Positions 23,706-34,452 of a DNA stretch of 64,000 nucleotides are shown here, in pieces. Source of the DNA: TPA_inf: Saccharomyces (taxonomy: Eukaryota); contig BK006938.2 in NCBI GenBank assembly GCA_000146045.2, positions 1,376,001 through 1,440,000 on the forward strand. Reading direction: 5' to 3'. Both the position numbers and the translations under genes were made by a program. The notes beneath the pieces are model-generated. The model did not search any database. It had not been told where the DNA came from and saw nothing but the letters and a program-made list of their open reading frames with translations. Each line of letters begins with the position of its first letter. The first letter of the stretch is position 1.

Positions 23706-25214
23706 TCAGAACTTCTCTTGTTCCATGTTGATATCAACTTTATTCATCATTTGTAACCCATATCCGCAAATTAAACTAATAACGCCAACTTTCCAACCGT
23801 TCCAAAGTTGGCCTCTATTTGTATTAGAATTGTTTCTTATCACATCCCATATGCCATTGTATTTTTTTGGCTTTACTATCAATTCAGTGGAATCTACTTT
23901 AAATGATAACCGCTGATCGTTCAACAAGTAGTTTAGTTGACAACGACGTAACAGGTTTTCCAATGGTAACTTGATAAATAGTTCAAGTGATTTAGAAAAA
24001 AACTTCATAGTATTGTACATGACGGTTTGAGAGTATTTTTCGATATGGAATTGGTTGTAGATGACTAAATCAAACAATTTGTTGAAAAAGCTATTATTGA
24101 TAGATTGAAGAATAGTTAGGGACCACATATCTAATGGAATGGAAACTCCGTTTTTACGCCATGACCAGCATCTGATTAACTGCCTCAAGCTTCTAGTATT
24201 AGTAACCATATTCTTTCCATCTGTCTTGACATTCTTCTTTTTTTTGAATGATGTAACTATCAATCTAGTTCTTATCAGGTCCACAGGTAATAATATAATA
24301 CTGGTAAATACTCCCGCGCCTAAGGCTAAAATGAAGGACTTAGAAATATCAGGAGAGTTGATGACCTCCATAAAATATGGGTCAGGGACACCCAAAAAAG
24401 ACGAGAGTAATCCTGTGAACCAAGTATCTATGCTTAGGGAAAGAAAGTTGTAAATAAAAGTCGTGTTGTTGGCCTTCCATAGACCACGAATACCCTCCTG
24501 ATCAAATAGGGCGTTGATTACGTCAATTGTATGTAGGGACTGTGGTGCAATAGTCAAGGATATATCAGTAGGTTCATGATGTGAATGATCAGTTTCTTCG
24601 GCCATAATAGGCGCAGTAGAGTTTGCCTCGGCGATCTTCCTTTCTATGGGAAAGAAATCTATCTCCTCCTCATCGTAAGCATCTTCTTCTCCTTCTCTCG
24701 CAGCGCCATCTCCTTCTTCATCCCGCAAAATTATTGGTGCTTGAGGTTTATTCGTGTCAACTGTAGTTTTGAAGATTTTAAACTCACCTACTTGGATAAG
24801 TAGTCTTGCTACATCAAAGGGCTGTTGAATGAGCAATTGAAAATACTTTCTGAAAAACATATCCAGCAGTTGTTCAAATATTTTTCGCCATTTCTGGATG
24901 TTAACCAATTCCGCCCATTCAAAATTATTCAGGCCAGTTATTTCGCCATTACTTCCCTCCAGTGACAATCCATCGTTAACTGAATTTGACAATTTCTTCA
25001 TTGGGGAGCTTTTAAACAATGCATTAGCCATTCTCTTTGTAGTTGGAGATGAGTTGATAACGTTTAGCTTAGAAGCAATTGTGTATCCGTGCGGATCTAC
25101 TACACCCTCATCGGGCTTGAAAACAGCGCTATACCCAGCATTGAAAGAATCGGGATCATAATAAGGCCGTATCTGTGCCCTTGACGTTGCTTCCGTAACA
25201 TTATTGTTGTTCAT
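23706..25214 (-). CDS. UGO1: Mitochondrial outer-membrane fusion protein with degenerate mitochondrial-carrier-like repeats, 502 aa.
   Basis: Length and position (YDR470C) match. Carrier-like TM repeats. Confidence 0.8.
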   Translation of the reverse strand: MNNNNVTEATSRAQIRPYYDPDSFNAGYSAVFKPDEGVVDPHGYTIASKLNVINSSPTTKRMANALFKSSPMKKLSNSVNDGLSLEGSNGEITGLNNFEWAELVNIQKWRKIFEQLLDMFFRKYFQLLIQQPFDVARLLIQVGEFKIFKTTVDTNKPQAPIILRDEEGDGAAREGEEDAYDEEEIDFFPIERKIAEANSTAPIMAEETDHSHHEPTDISLTIAPQSLHTIDVINALFDQEGIRGLWKANNTTFIYNFLSLSIDTWFTGLLSSFLGVPDPYFMEVINSPDISKSFILALGAGVFTSIILLPVDLIRTRLIVTSFKKKKNVKTDGKNMVTNTRSLRQLIRCWSWRKNGVSIPLDMWSLTILQSINNSFFNKLFDLVIYNQFHIEKYSQTVMYNTMKFFSKSLELFIKLPLENLLRRCQLNYLLNDQRLSFKVDSTELIVKPKKYNGIWDVIRNNSNTNRGQLWNGWKVGVISLICGYGLQMMNKVDINMEQEKF

Positions 25215-25417
25215 TGGGGGGTTGAGTTAAACCTATACTATTGGAAACCAAAAATCGGCAGAGAATTAAGGCAAATCAATTAAAATTCCTTTTCTCTCTA
25301 CCTTTGCTAATATTAAAAACCATAGTTGTAAAGGGTACTTAATGCTATATTCCTGTTAAGTTTCCTATTTCACCTTGTTTTTTCCAATTCTTACCAATTT
25401 GAAGACTATGTTTTTAA

Positions 25418-25445
25418 ACACCCAATCATTTTCCACCCACACATA
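25418..25445. promoter_or_regulatory. Two adjacent Rap1-like sites (AACACCCAATCATT and CCACCCACACATA) followed by a T-rich element: typical ribosomal-protein gene promoter architecture.
   Basis: The second site matches the ACACCCRYACAYM consensus at 12 of 13 positions. It lies ~330-350 bp upstream of the RPL27B ATG. Confidence 0.5.
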
Positions 25446-25769
25446 TATTACCCTTTTTTTGGGTGAAGAGAAGTAGTATTTTGTTTTTCATGGGAGTGGA
25501 AGTCCTTTCAAAACTAATCCGAGCAGTAGTGCTGTCTAGGCGGAGATTATTGAAAGTCGGCATTGGCTGCAGCTAGCGTTTTGTTTTTGGTACTACCTGT
25601 CAAACCCGGCGTCTGCCTAGATTGCGCGGAGGGTACGTTGAAACTTTTGCCTTTCCACGTCAGTTTATAATATCAAAAGCAGCAATATACACATTTAATG
25701 GTTTGCCCTTAGTGACTATTAGGGCGTTTTGGTGAAAAGAAAGAGTCGCTCAAAGAAATCAATATAACC

Positions 25770-25800
25770 ATGGCTAAATTTTTGAAAGCAGGTAAAGTTG
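25770..25800 (+). CDS. RPL27B: Ribosomal protein L27 exon 1. It encodes MAKFLKAGKV plus the first base of the next codon.
   Basis: ATG GCT AAA TTT TTG AAA GCA GGT AAA GTT G is followed immediately by the GTACGT 5' splice site. Joins in frame with exon 2 to give [22 protein letters not shown]…. Confidence 0.85.
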
Positions 25801-26184
25801 GTACGTAAATTTAACAGAGCAAACGCTCTAATTAAGATATCGAATAAAAGGGGACTTTCAGGTGCATAAGATGGGAAATTGTACAATCTGAGGGACAAAC
25901 AATATGGAAAGCAGTACATGATTGTATTGTCATTGTAGGAGGTACCAATTGTGCCAGTAAAAAAGAGAGGGCCCGGGGAGCACCACATTCACGACCAATC
26001 GTGTCGATCTGCAAAAAAGGCACATGGAAAATGTAATTTATCAGTGTTCAACACTGAGTTGAACAGATAGCTATCTAATCAATGTTAACTTTCCAGGGAA
26101 CAAAAAGCTAAATCCACTTCTCTTTTATTTCAAAATATCATTAGAAATAGAAAAATTTACTAACAAATTTTCGTATTATCGTAG
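25801..26184 (+). other. RPL27B: Spliceosomal intron of RPL27B, 384 nt. 5'SS is GUACGU (a minor variant of GUAUGU), branchpoint TACTAAC at 26158-26164, 3'SS UAG at 26182-26184.
   Basis: All three splice signals read directly. BP-to-3'SS distance is ~20 nt. Splicing restores the L27 reading frame exactly. Confidence 0.85.
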
Positions 26185-26564
26185 CTGTCGTTGTTCGTGG
26201 TCGTTACGCTGGTAAGAAGGTTGTGATCGTTAAGCCACACGATGAGGGTTCTAAATCTCATCCATTCGGTCACGCTTTGGTTGCCGGTATTGAAAGGTAC
26301 CCATCAAAGGTCACCAAGAAGCACGGTGCCAAGAAGGTCGCTAAGAGAACTAAAATCAAGCCATTCATCAAAGTCGTCAACTACAACCACTTATTGCCAA
26401 CCAGATACACCTTGGATGTTGAAGCTTTCAAGAGCGTTGTATCTACAGAGACTTTTGAACAACCATCCCAACGTGAAGAAGCCAAGAAGGTTGTAAAGAA
26501 GGCATTTGAAGAAAGACATCAAGCTGGTAAAAACCAATGGTTCTTCTCCAAGTTGAGATTCTAA
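26185..26564 (+). CDS. RPL27B: Ribosomal protein L27 exon 2, to the stop codon. The spliced product is 136 aa.
   Basis: The track ORF 26223..26564 is the 3' part of this exon. The upstream part ([14 protein letters not shown]) follows the 3' splice site. Confidence 0.9.
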
Positions 26565-26924
26565 GAAGCTTTTTTCCGAAACCTAACTTTTTTCTGTGTA
26601 CTATTATTATTTTCATAATGCAGTTTATCCTTCACATAATTAAAAATTCATATTGTATAAACTAAAACAAACACTACCACTAAATATTTGGCCATCTATC
26701 TGCCATATTGGTCGTAACACAAAATGCCCAATGGAGCCTGGTAAGTTCCTTATTATTTAACCCTAAGAACTTTATTTTGATCATTGCGTGCAAAATGATA
26801 TTGTTTACAAGTTTTTTTTTTCCAGCTTCTTTACATATAAAAGGGAAGGATTTTGAAATTATAAATGGCATCTCAAATCGTCTCTATATCTTTTGTTAAT
26901 TGGATTTTTTAAAGGGTCAGGAAG

Positions 26925-27050
26925 TTTTTTCCTTTTTATATGATGAATATGAGTGCATTTGGCTCGAGTTGCTGTTTGGCTTTTGCCAAATCAGTAACGG
27001 TGTGGAAAAACTCAAGCTACCTTTTTTTACTTTTATCTGACCTTTTAACT
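26925..27050 (+). ncRNA. SNR13: C/D-box snoRNA, consistent with snR13, the independently transcribed snoRNA known to lie just upstream of TRS31. Boundaries are approximate, +/-15 nt.
   Basis: Box C AUGAUGA at 26940-26946 and box D CUGA at 27037-27040 are ~100 nt apart. TATAAAA at 26836-26842 and a poly-T stretch lie upstream. A dense Nrd1/Nab3 motif cluster follows immediately downstream. No ORF is present. Confidence 0.55.
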
Positions 27051-27055
27051 TCCCC

Positions 27056-27094
27056 GTAGAAAATCTTAGTAATCCTTCTTACATTGTATCGTAG
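27056..27094 (+). terminator. Nrd1-Nab3-Sen1 (NNS) type terminator cluster downstream of the snoRNA: GUAG, UCUU x2, GUAA, UGUA, GUAG within 40 nt.
   Basis: The motifs GTAG, TCTT, GTAA, TCTT, TGTA, GTAG are read directly between the snoRNA D box and the TRS31 promoter. Confidence 0.55.
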
Positions 27095-27321
27095 CGCTGC
27101 ATATATAATGCGTAAAATTTTCTCTTTTTAAAAGATGTTAGTACGTTGGGTTTGGCTTGTTCATTTTTATTATCCTTTATTTACTTGTAAAAAAACGAAA
27201 GTGACGAAGTTCATGCTAAGATTGAAGAAAATTATTTATCGTATACTTTGCAGGACAAGAGACACGGAAGCGACAGAAAGACAGGGAGTACTATCACCAT
27301 CCATAATACTGGAGTAACATT

Positions 27322-28173
27322 ATGTCTCAAAGAATAATTCAACCAAGCGCATCTGACCAACAATTCCCAGGTAAATCTGATGGATATGAATATACTGTTG
27401 GGCCTAAGCAAGCGATAACAAGCGAAGCTTCAACAACATACATTCCCTCTAGAATATACTCAGAGTCTCTACTTTTCAAAAGGCAAGAAGCGTCTTTATC
27501 AGCAATGGCTTTCTTGTTCCAGGAAATGATTTCACAGTTGCATAGAACATGTAAAACTGCAGGCGATTTTGAAACTAAATTAAGTGACTATGGCCACAAT
27601 ATTGGAATTCGTCTATTAGAACTGCTGAATTTTAGGGCTTCTGTATCTCCTAGTTCTCTTCCCAGAGCATCTGCTTTCCTTTCACAAAATGAATCTTCTT
27701 CAAAGTTATCAAATGCGTCAAATTCCCCGGGCATGTTGGCTAACTCCAGCACAGCGACTTCTGCATCTGCCAATGAACGACTCCAAGAAAAGCAAACAGA
27801 ATCATTGTCTAACTACATTACAAAGATGAGGCGCCGTGATCTGAAAATTCTCGATATACTGCAGTTTATCCACGGTACCCTATGGTCATATCTTTTTAAT
27901 CACGTAAGTGATGATTTGGTTAAATCTTCAGAACGTGACAATGAATATATGATAGTAGATAACTTCCCCACTTTAACCCAATTTATCCCAGGTGAGAACG
28001 TTTCTTGTGAGTACTTCGTTTGCGGCATTATCAAAGGATTCCTTTTCAATGCTGGATTTCCATGTGGCGTGACAGCACATCGAATGCCCCAAGGCGGACA
28101 TAGTCAACGAACCGTTTATTTGATCCAATTTGACAGGCAAGTGCTTGACAGGGAAGGTTTGAGATTTGGCTGA
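27322..28173 (+). CDS. TRS31: TRAPP complex core subunit (Bet3/Trs31 family), 283 aa.
   Basis: Length and position (YDR472W) match. Conserved C-terminal Bet3-fold region (FIHGTLWSYLFNHVSDDLV…CEYFVCGIIKGFL). Confidence 0.85.
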   Translation: MSQRIIQPSASDQQFPGKSDGYEYTVGPKQAITSEASTTYIPSRIYSESLLFKRQEASLSAMAFLFQEMISQLHRTCKTAGDFETKLSDYGHNIGIRLLELLNFRASVSPSSLPRASAFLSQNESSSKLSNASNSPGMLANSSTATSASANERLQEKQTESLSNYITKMRRRDLKILDILQFIHGTLWSYLFNHVSDDLVKSSERDNEYMIVDNFPTLTQFIPGENVSCEYFVCGIIKGFLFNAGFPCGVTAHRMPQGGHSQRTVYLIQFDRQVLDREGLRFG

Positions 28174-28444
28174 TATCATCTCAAAACATCGGTAAATACC
28201 TAAAACCAAGAAAAGGATAAAGAGTTTGTATATTTACTGTTGATTTATAGACATATGCTCATATATTCATTACGAAGAATGATTCTTTTAATTGTCGATT
28301 TCCTTGAAGTACATCTATCATATAAAATCATTTTCTTTTTATATTTTGGAATGTTTTTGTGCTAAAAAAATCATTATTCTGGGCGACATACAGTAAAATA
28401 ATATTTAATATGAAACAAAGCGTATCATTTTGTAGACACCGATA

Positions 28445-29854
28445 TCACGTTTGAACAGGTGAATAAAAATGCTCTGAATCAAACTGACCCAGCGTACGTA
28501 ATAAAGAATCCTGATCATTGCATACTTTCATAAACCAGCCTTTGAATTTACAATCTTGTAAATAGCCTTCCCAAGTTTTTGATATTGAATTATTATGCAT
28601 GTCCATTTTTATATCCCCAGTGTTTGTGTGCAACTCAAAATCTTCATTCCATTTTATCCTCTTCATCACCAAATTCTCATAAAATTTGCATGATTTTTCG
28701 TTACCCACGACTATAATTATTCCTGGTCCGTCATCACGTATACGGAGGCATAAACCCTTTAGTGATAGTTCTTTACTATTCATTTTCAACTTGAATCTTA
28801 TTTTTGGGTTCTGTAAGTTTTTGAACTGGAACACCTTACAATGGTATACTGTCGGCTTTTCAACGTTCATATTGACTGCTTCTTTCCTTCTTTTAATAGC
28901 ATCTTCATGTCTTCTTTCGTTTTCTTCCAGATGTTTTCTCTTCCTGAGGTCCACTTGGTCTTTCACTACTTTTTCCCAGGCAGTTGGGTCCGTTATGTTT
29001 TGATCATTCTCGAAAACACTCATCATGTTGCTTAGTTTAACTTTCGGTTCAGGCTTAGGTAATAGTCCTAACTTAATTTTTATCTCCCGTGCTTCTCTTG
29101 CCATTTTCCTTCTATTTCTCCTTAATCTTTTCCTTTCATGTTGCGTTAGATATGCTTTGATTGATACTTTTGCCTCGTTGATCTTTTCAGGTAAGGGATG
29201 TGCTACATATCTTATAGATGGGTGCTCATCATCATCATCATCGTCTACTTCATCAATATCTTCTGCTAGCTTTTCTTCGGCAGGCGATGTGCCATTCATG
29301 TCATATTTTTCCATCAACTCACCCTTTTCATCTAAATAAGCCGTGTCCCACCATTCATAGCCATGATTATTATCATAGTATATCTTGAACTTTGACAAAT
29401 CTAATAGGAACTTATCCTCATGTAACTCTAAATTGGGTAAATCACCTGACTCAATTAATTTTCTTTTATCTTTCTCGTCTTCTTCTTGTTTTAACTTTCT
29501 TTTTAATTCTTCCTCCTCCTGCTGTTTTTGTAATGTTCTTTCTTGGGCAATTCTTTTACTGATTTCTCCCTTTTGGTAAAACTTCAGACCCCGTTCATAA
29601 CGCCTGTTAAATCTGCTCGATGAGCCTCGATCGTGTGGATCACTAAGATAGGGATTTTCACCAGTTTGATAAGTTCTTCGGATAAGATTCAAATTTGAAG
29701 ACTTTAACGCTGAGTGAAGTTCGGTTTTCAGACCATGGCCCTGAAACTTCTCCTCATCATTGGTAGTTTCTTCACGCCGTAAGAAACTTGGCTTATAATA
29801 TGGACTATTTTGGCGTTTCGGATTACCTTTTTCATAGGTATTTCTTGGGGGCAT
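28445..29854 (-). CDS. PRP3: U4/U6 snRNP splicing factor with a PRP3 domain and C-terminal DUF1115, 469 aa.
   Basis: The track ORF has a 6-codon upstream extension. The start was chosen at [15 protein letters not shown] to give the known 469 aa. Charged coiled-coil middle region. Confidence 0.8.
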
Positions 29855-31463
29855 TTTTTCAAGCCAATTCAATAGATCGCCTGATGTTTTCTGTGAGTCT
29901 TTTTGATTGTTTTACGTCATCTGGCATTCTAATACTTTACTAGGACTATTTCTTGTTATTGATCAGTGCGGGATCCAGTCAGAAAAACGCAGATGTGAAT
30001 AATATTAAAATTTGTATGCTAAAAAAATTAACATAGTCAAGAAACTTTCTTTGAGTCATGGCTCTTTACTTTAGAACATATAAGAACAATTCACAGTGCC
30101 TGTCCAGAGGCCAAAAGCAGTATCTCTAGCTAAATGGATATGTTAACTACTGTTTCATTGGAGAAGCAGTTTTTAACCTTCCTGTTTCGCGAATATAGCT
30201 GCCAAGTATTATCCAAAATTGGGGAGTGAAGAAAAAGTAATTATCAGCATTCATTTTCGAGAATTTTACCTAAACTTTTTCGATAACATTGATTGTTCAC
30301 TACGTTACATAGCAAGCCAGAGCTAGAAAAACTTATTGATTACAATCAATAGACTTGCATCATACATAACTTCAGGGTACTTGCAAGAATTTTCCTACAA
30401 AAAAAGTTGACTACGACAACCTAAAGGAGAACAACAGATTTTGTCACCTCTCGTACTAGATAATTACCAAAAAAATGCTACCGAAAAGGAGATAAAACAC
30501 ATCTAGAACATAGTAGTATCATGTCATGGCTTTTTCAAATCTAAAATCTGTTCCCTGCAGTTGTCATTTTCTCTTAGTCGTCATTGATATTGTTAAAAAG
30601 TTCCGGAATACTATTGTTAGGTCGTATTCTTAAATGAATAAGCTGTCAAAAAATGGAGTAGTATGGCAGTAAATTTGGGAAGCACAAAAGAAAAAATAAA
30701 ATTTCTTGATGAATGTGCCTTTCACGAATGTGACTTCTCTTCCATAAATCCTGTTTCTCATCAATGAGCAGCTTCTTCCTCCAAAGATAACTGTTGAACC
30801 CTATAATTGTGACAGGTCAAAGAAGCCAATATAATGAAAAAGATAGCCAGTATCTATATTTGAACCATTTTAAGGATTTCACTGAATTGCAACGATACTG
30901 TCTTGTTTCGTGGACCTTGCACTTCGTAGATTCATCATGTTCTATACGTTTTTCATTTCCGCATTCTAAACCCAAAAGACAAGGGTTACAGCGTATGTTA
31001 CGACACAATTCAATTCACCATTCCTAAGAAGTTAATATTGCAATATTTTTGCAACAATAACAACCGCATTGCTTTGAAAGTAATTGCAATAACTATGGAT
31101 AAAGATCCATTATCTTGACTGGTGCTACTTTCAAAGGAGGTATACCTAATAATATAAAGCTTTGAAAGAATTGACGTGATACTAACCTTGTACATTGATT
31201 CTCATTTTAACGATTTTACAAACTCACTTAGCACGCATTATTGCCGGAAATACGAATAGGAACCCAGCTTATAATGAACACTGTCCACATTTCTTTTAGG
31301 TGAGAATGCGATGATGGAATTGCAGCATTATTAATTACTAGTGTAGGGTATTGAATGTCATTTTTGTCGATTAATATGTACAATACATGTTATGCATAAA
31401 GGCACAAAGTCATAAAAATGTTATAGAATTATATCGAATAAACACATAAGAACGTAAGACCAA

Positions 31464-34094
31464 CTACAGCCTTCCGAACCCAAACAATCCGCCACGCTTA
31501 GGCGTATTTTTACTCTCATCTTCCTTTCTGAAAGATGACGGGGATCTCGATTTACTCTTAAAAAAAGAGAATAAACCACCACCGCCTGAGCTTGGTTTCA
31601 AGTGTGCTGAAGTTACGACCGGTTTTTTAATACGTTTACCAGAGTTCGAATCATTAGATTTTACTTTTCTGAGCGAAGATGAGCTACTGACTTTCCTCAA
31701 AGATGAATCCTTATTACCAGAACTCACACTATATGACTTTGAAGGTGCCAAATGGGGAAGGCCTGGAACGGACAACTGATCTGTGTCACGATGATGGTGA
31801 TGATGATGTTGTTGTTGCTGGTCCCCTGGGCTGTCTAGCGAGTGCCTAGATTTAATAGCACCCAGTGCAGCATTACCATCTACATTCTTGACACTCGACG
31901 CGAACTTGATTTGCGGAGAACGTGATCTCGACGCACTCGCACTTGAGTTTATATCGGTAGCAGTAGGAGAGCTTGGTTTTGATTTGTCTCTTATCCTTGA
32001 CTTAGAGCTTGATCTTGACTTGGATTTGGATCTAGATGAACTTGGATTGTCCAAAACATCAAGCATGGACCTCTGCGGGGTAGCCACATGCCTTGGAGGA
32101 GCACCACCTGTGATGACTCTTTTCAGTTCTTCAAAGCCCGACTCCATAGAGTGTGCTCTCTTTTCGTCTACATCCCCATTTTCAATACTATCAGTGATGC
32201 TATCGATTTCTAATGAAAACTTTAATGAAGATTCCAAAATAATATTCAGTTTTTTCAAATGCCTCTGTCCCGGTGGTATTGATGAATCATGATCGGCGTC
32301 ATTTAACTGCTGAGCCATACTCTTTCTACGTTTCCTTGCCATGGTACATAACTTTTCCTTTACCGAAATGTTAGAGGTTAAGGATTTCACGGACATCACA
32401 TCATTCTCATCATCCTTAAAAGCGTTAAGCTCATCATCAGATGCTTCCTCTCGGCTACTATTGTTAGCACCATTAGCTTCTGGGGCATAACATAGTGAAT
32501 CTATAGAATAATCGTTATCTTGCTTCCGTTTGATATTTGAGATAGTTGGAATGCTAGCATCTGCTGATTTAGAATGGCTGAACCCAGGCTTTGGACCGCT
32601 AGTATTTTTTTGTTTCGTTACCTCCGGTTCTTTAAACTCTTTTTGCAAATCTATTTCCAAATCGAACATTCTCTTTGCCGGTACAATAAACGTTGGAATC
32701 GGAAAATTAGTACACAGTTTATCTGTCAGAAAGTTCGATTTCCAACGAACTAAGCTGTCTGTTCTCTCCCACCTCAAAGTGCTAGATACAAAGAAATCAG
32801 GTAAATAGATGTTTATTGCCTCAAGAAGCGTTTTTTTAGTCTTGCCAATTAGGATCTCGACAGTGACCTTGACAGAACGATCTTGCGGAATTATGAGTGT
32901 AACATAATCAAAAAGATCTTGCAATTTACGTTCTATTTCGTTCTGCGTATAACCAGATGTCCACTCGATAAAATTTTGGTGCTTTAATTTGTTGTCAGAT
33001 TCCTCAGGCCCCAGAGAAAGTGCCCTTCTTGTACATATGGATCGTGATCTCGATCTGGATCGTGATCTTCTTGCTGAGCTAACACTCCTGCTATCATCCA
33101 TCATCATTAGCATTCTTTTTCGCTCACTCATCGAATCATTGTCTTCGAAATTATTCTTAGTCAGGCGGGGCAGGTTTGCCAACACAACAATGTGGTCTGT
33201 ATTTTGAATCAAAGTTCGTAGCGCCCAATCTAGTGCTACCCAAGTATGTTTCCTGCCGCTGATGTGGCACAATATCGTTCGAGGAGTGTTCGGGAACCCA
33301 ACCTTTTCGCTCAAAACACGCTCTTTCCGCTTTTGAGACTTAGTCAAAGGCGTAAAGCCGTCTTCTATGGGAGGATTGAATTTTATTGTGGGAGTAGCGC
33401 CCTCAGACGACTTTTTTTTGTTTGGAGGAAACAGTATTGTTGGGTAATTGAAGAAATCGCGCTTTTGTTCTAATCGATGATCTATCTGATTTTTCTTCTT
33501 GATCCATAGTTGTCTCCAATTGGCATACGCCCTACTAATCACAAGAGCGTCATTGATATCGGTGGGTGTAGTAGGATAGTCTTCCCTTACAATTTTACCA
33601 TTTTCAGAAATCTTAAACATCTTACCTATTTTGATGTTTCTTTTAGAGGCAGGAGGTGGAGAAGAATACCTGCCGGGACTAGCACTGCCCTCTCGCCTAC
33701 TCGAATAGCTATTCCCGGAGAAGTAGTCGGCATTGTTGTCCGAGGTAAAGCCACTTTCGTCGTCATAATATTCCTCCATTGTATAATCTGCAGAGATCTG
33801 CACGCCAGGAAATTCTCTTTTCTCTTCATCTAAGGGCGAAGATACCCTTGATCTGGGAACTGTGTTGAAAGATACGCATGGTAGGTACTTTTCGTTGCTG
33901 CCTTTCCCCTTCTTTTTGACGGAACTGCTCGAGTCCAATATCGAGGCTAGACTGCGCCTGTCATCATTGTTGGACTTGTCCTCGTCCTGCTTAGCGAGTA
34001 TGTCCACCGTATCCTCCAGCTGGTCCTGCCTGACATACAGCTTAACATATTTATAAGAATTTCTCAACGCCTCATCTTGATCTCGTACCACCAT
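31464..34094 (-). CDS. JIP4: Ser/Arg-rich low-complexity protein (Jumonji-interacting protein), 876 aa. Contains an RSRSRSRSRS tract and a His6-8 tract.
   Basis: Intact 876-codon ORF (merged YDR474C/YDR475C). Length matches. Confidence 0.8.
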   Translation of the reverse strand: MVVRDQDEALRNSYKYVKLYVRQDQLEDTVDILAKQDEDKSNNDDRRSLASILDSSSSVKKKGKGSNEKYLPCVSFNTVPRSRVSSPLDEEKREFPGVQISADYTMEEYYDDESGFTSDNNADYFSGNSYSSRREGSASPGRYSSPPPASKRNIKIGKMFKISENGKIVREDYPTTPTDINDALVISRAYANWRQLWIKKKNQIDHRLEQKRDFFNYPTILFPPNKKKSSEGATPTIKFNPPIEDGFTPLTKSQKRKERVLSEKVGFPNTPRTILCHISGRKHTWVALDWALRTLIQNTDHIVVLANLPRLTKNNFEDNDSMSERKRMLMMMDDSRSVSSARRSRSRSRSRSICTRRALSLGPEESDNKLKHQNFIEWTSGYTQNEIERKLQDLFDYVTLIIPQDRSVKVTVEILIGKTKKTLLEAINIYLPDFFVSSTLRWERTDSLVRWKSNFLTDKLCTNFPIPTFIVPAKRMFDLEIDLQKEFKEPEVTKQKNTSGPKPGFSHSKSADASIPTISNIKRKQDNDYSIDSLCYAPEANGANNSSREEASDDELNAFKDDENDVMSVKSLTSNISVKEKLCTMARKRRKSMAQQLNDADHDSSIPPGQRHLKKLNIILESSLKFSLEIDSITDSIENGDVDEKRAHSMESGFEELKRVITGGAPPRHVATPQRSMLDVLDNPSSSRSKSKSRSSSKSRIRDKSKPSSPTATDINSSASASRSRSPQIKFASSVKNVDGNAALGAIKSRHSLDSPGDQQQQHHHHHHRDTDQLSVPGLPHLAPSKSYSVSSGNKDSSLRKVSSSSSLRKVKSNDSNSGKRIKKPVVTSAHLKPSSGGGGLFSFFKSKSRSPSSFRKEDESKNTPKRGGLFGFGRL

Positions 34095-34452
34095 TTCCCC
34101 CTATGTTTTAGTATCTTCTGTTCCTTGTACTTTAAAGATTCCTTCCCTTAAAAATAGAAGAAAGCTTCTATTTGTTGATATTGCTTTCGAATAGTGAGTG
34201 GACTCAAGAGAAGAAAAAAACCTTTACAAAAATTATATGCAAAATATGTTGGAAAAGACAAAAGGGTTTTAAGTTGTGTTTACTAAAAAGTATATAGATA
34301 ATTCTAGAGGTTATTGAGACATGCAGAATGCGTGTGCCACACCACCGCAGGTGGGTCATTCGGAAATTGTTCCTGTTGCTGCAGCGTCTGCTGCACTTTT
34401 CGCTAGAACTTTTCCAGTCGGATAGGGAGACAAAATGAAAAAAGGCCTCGGA

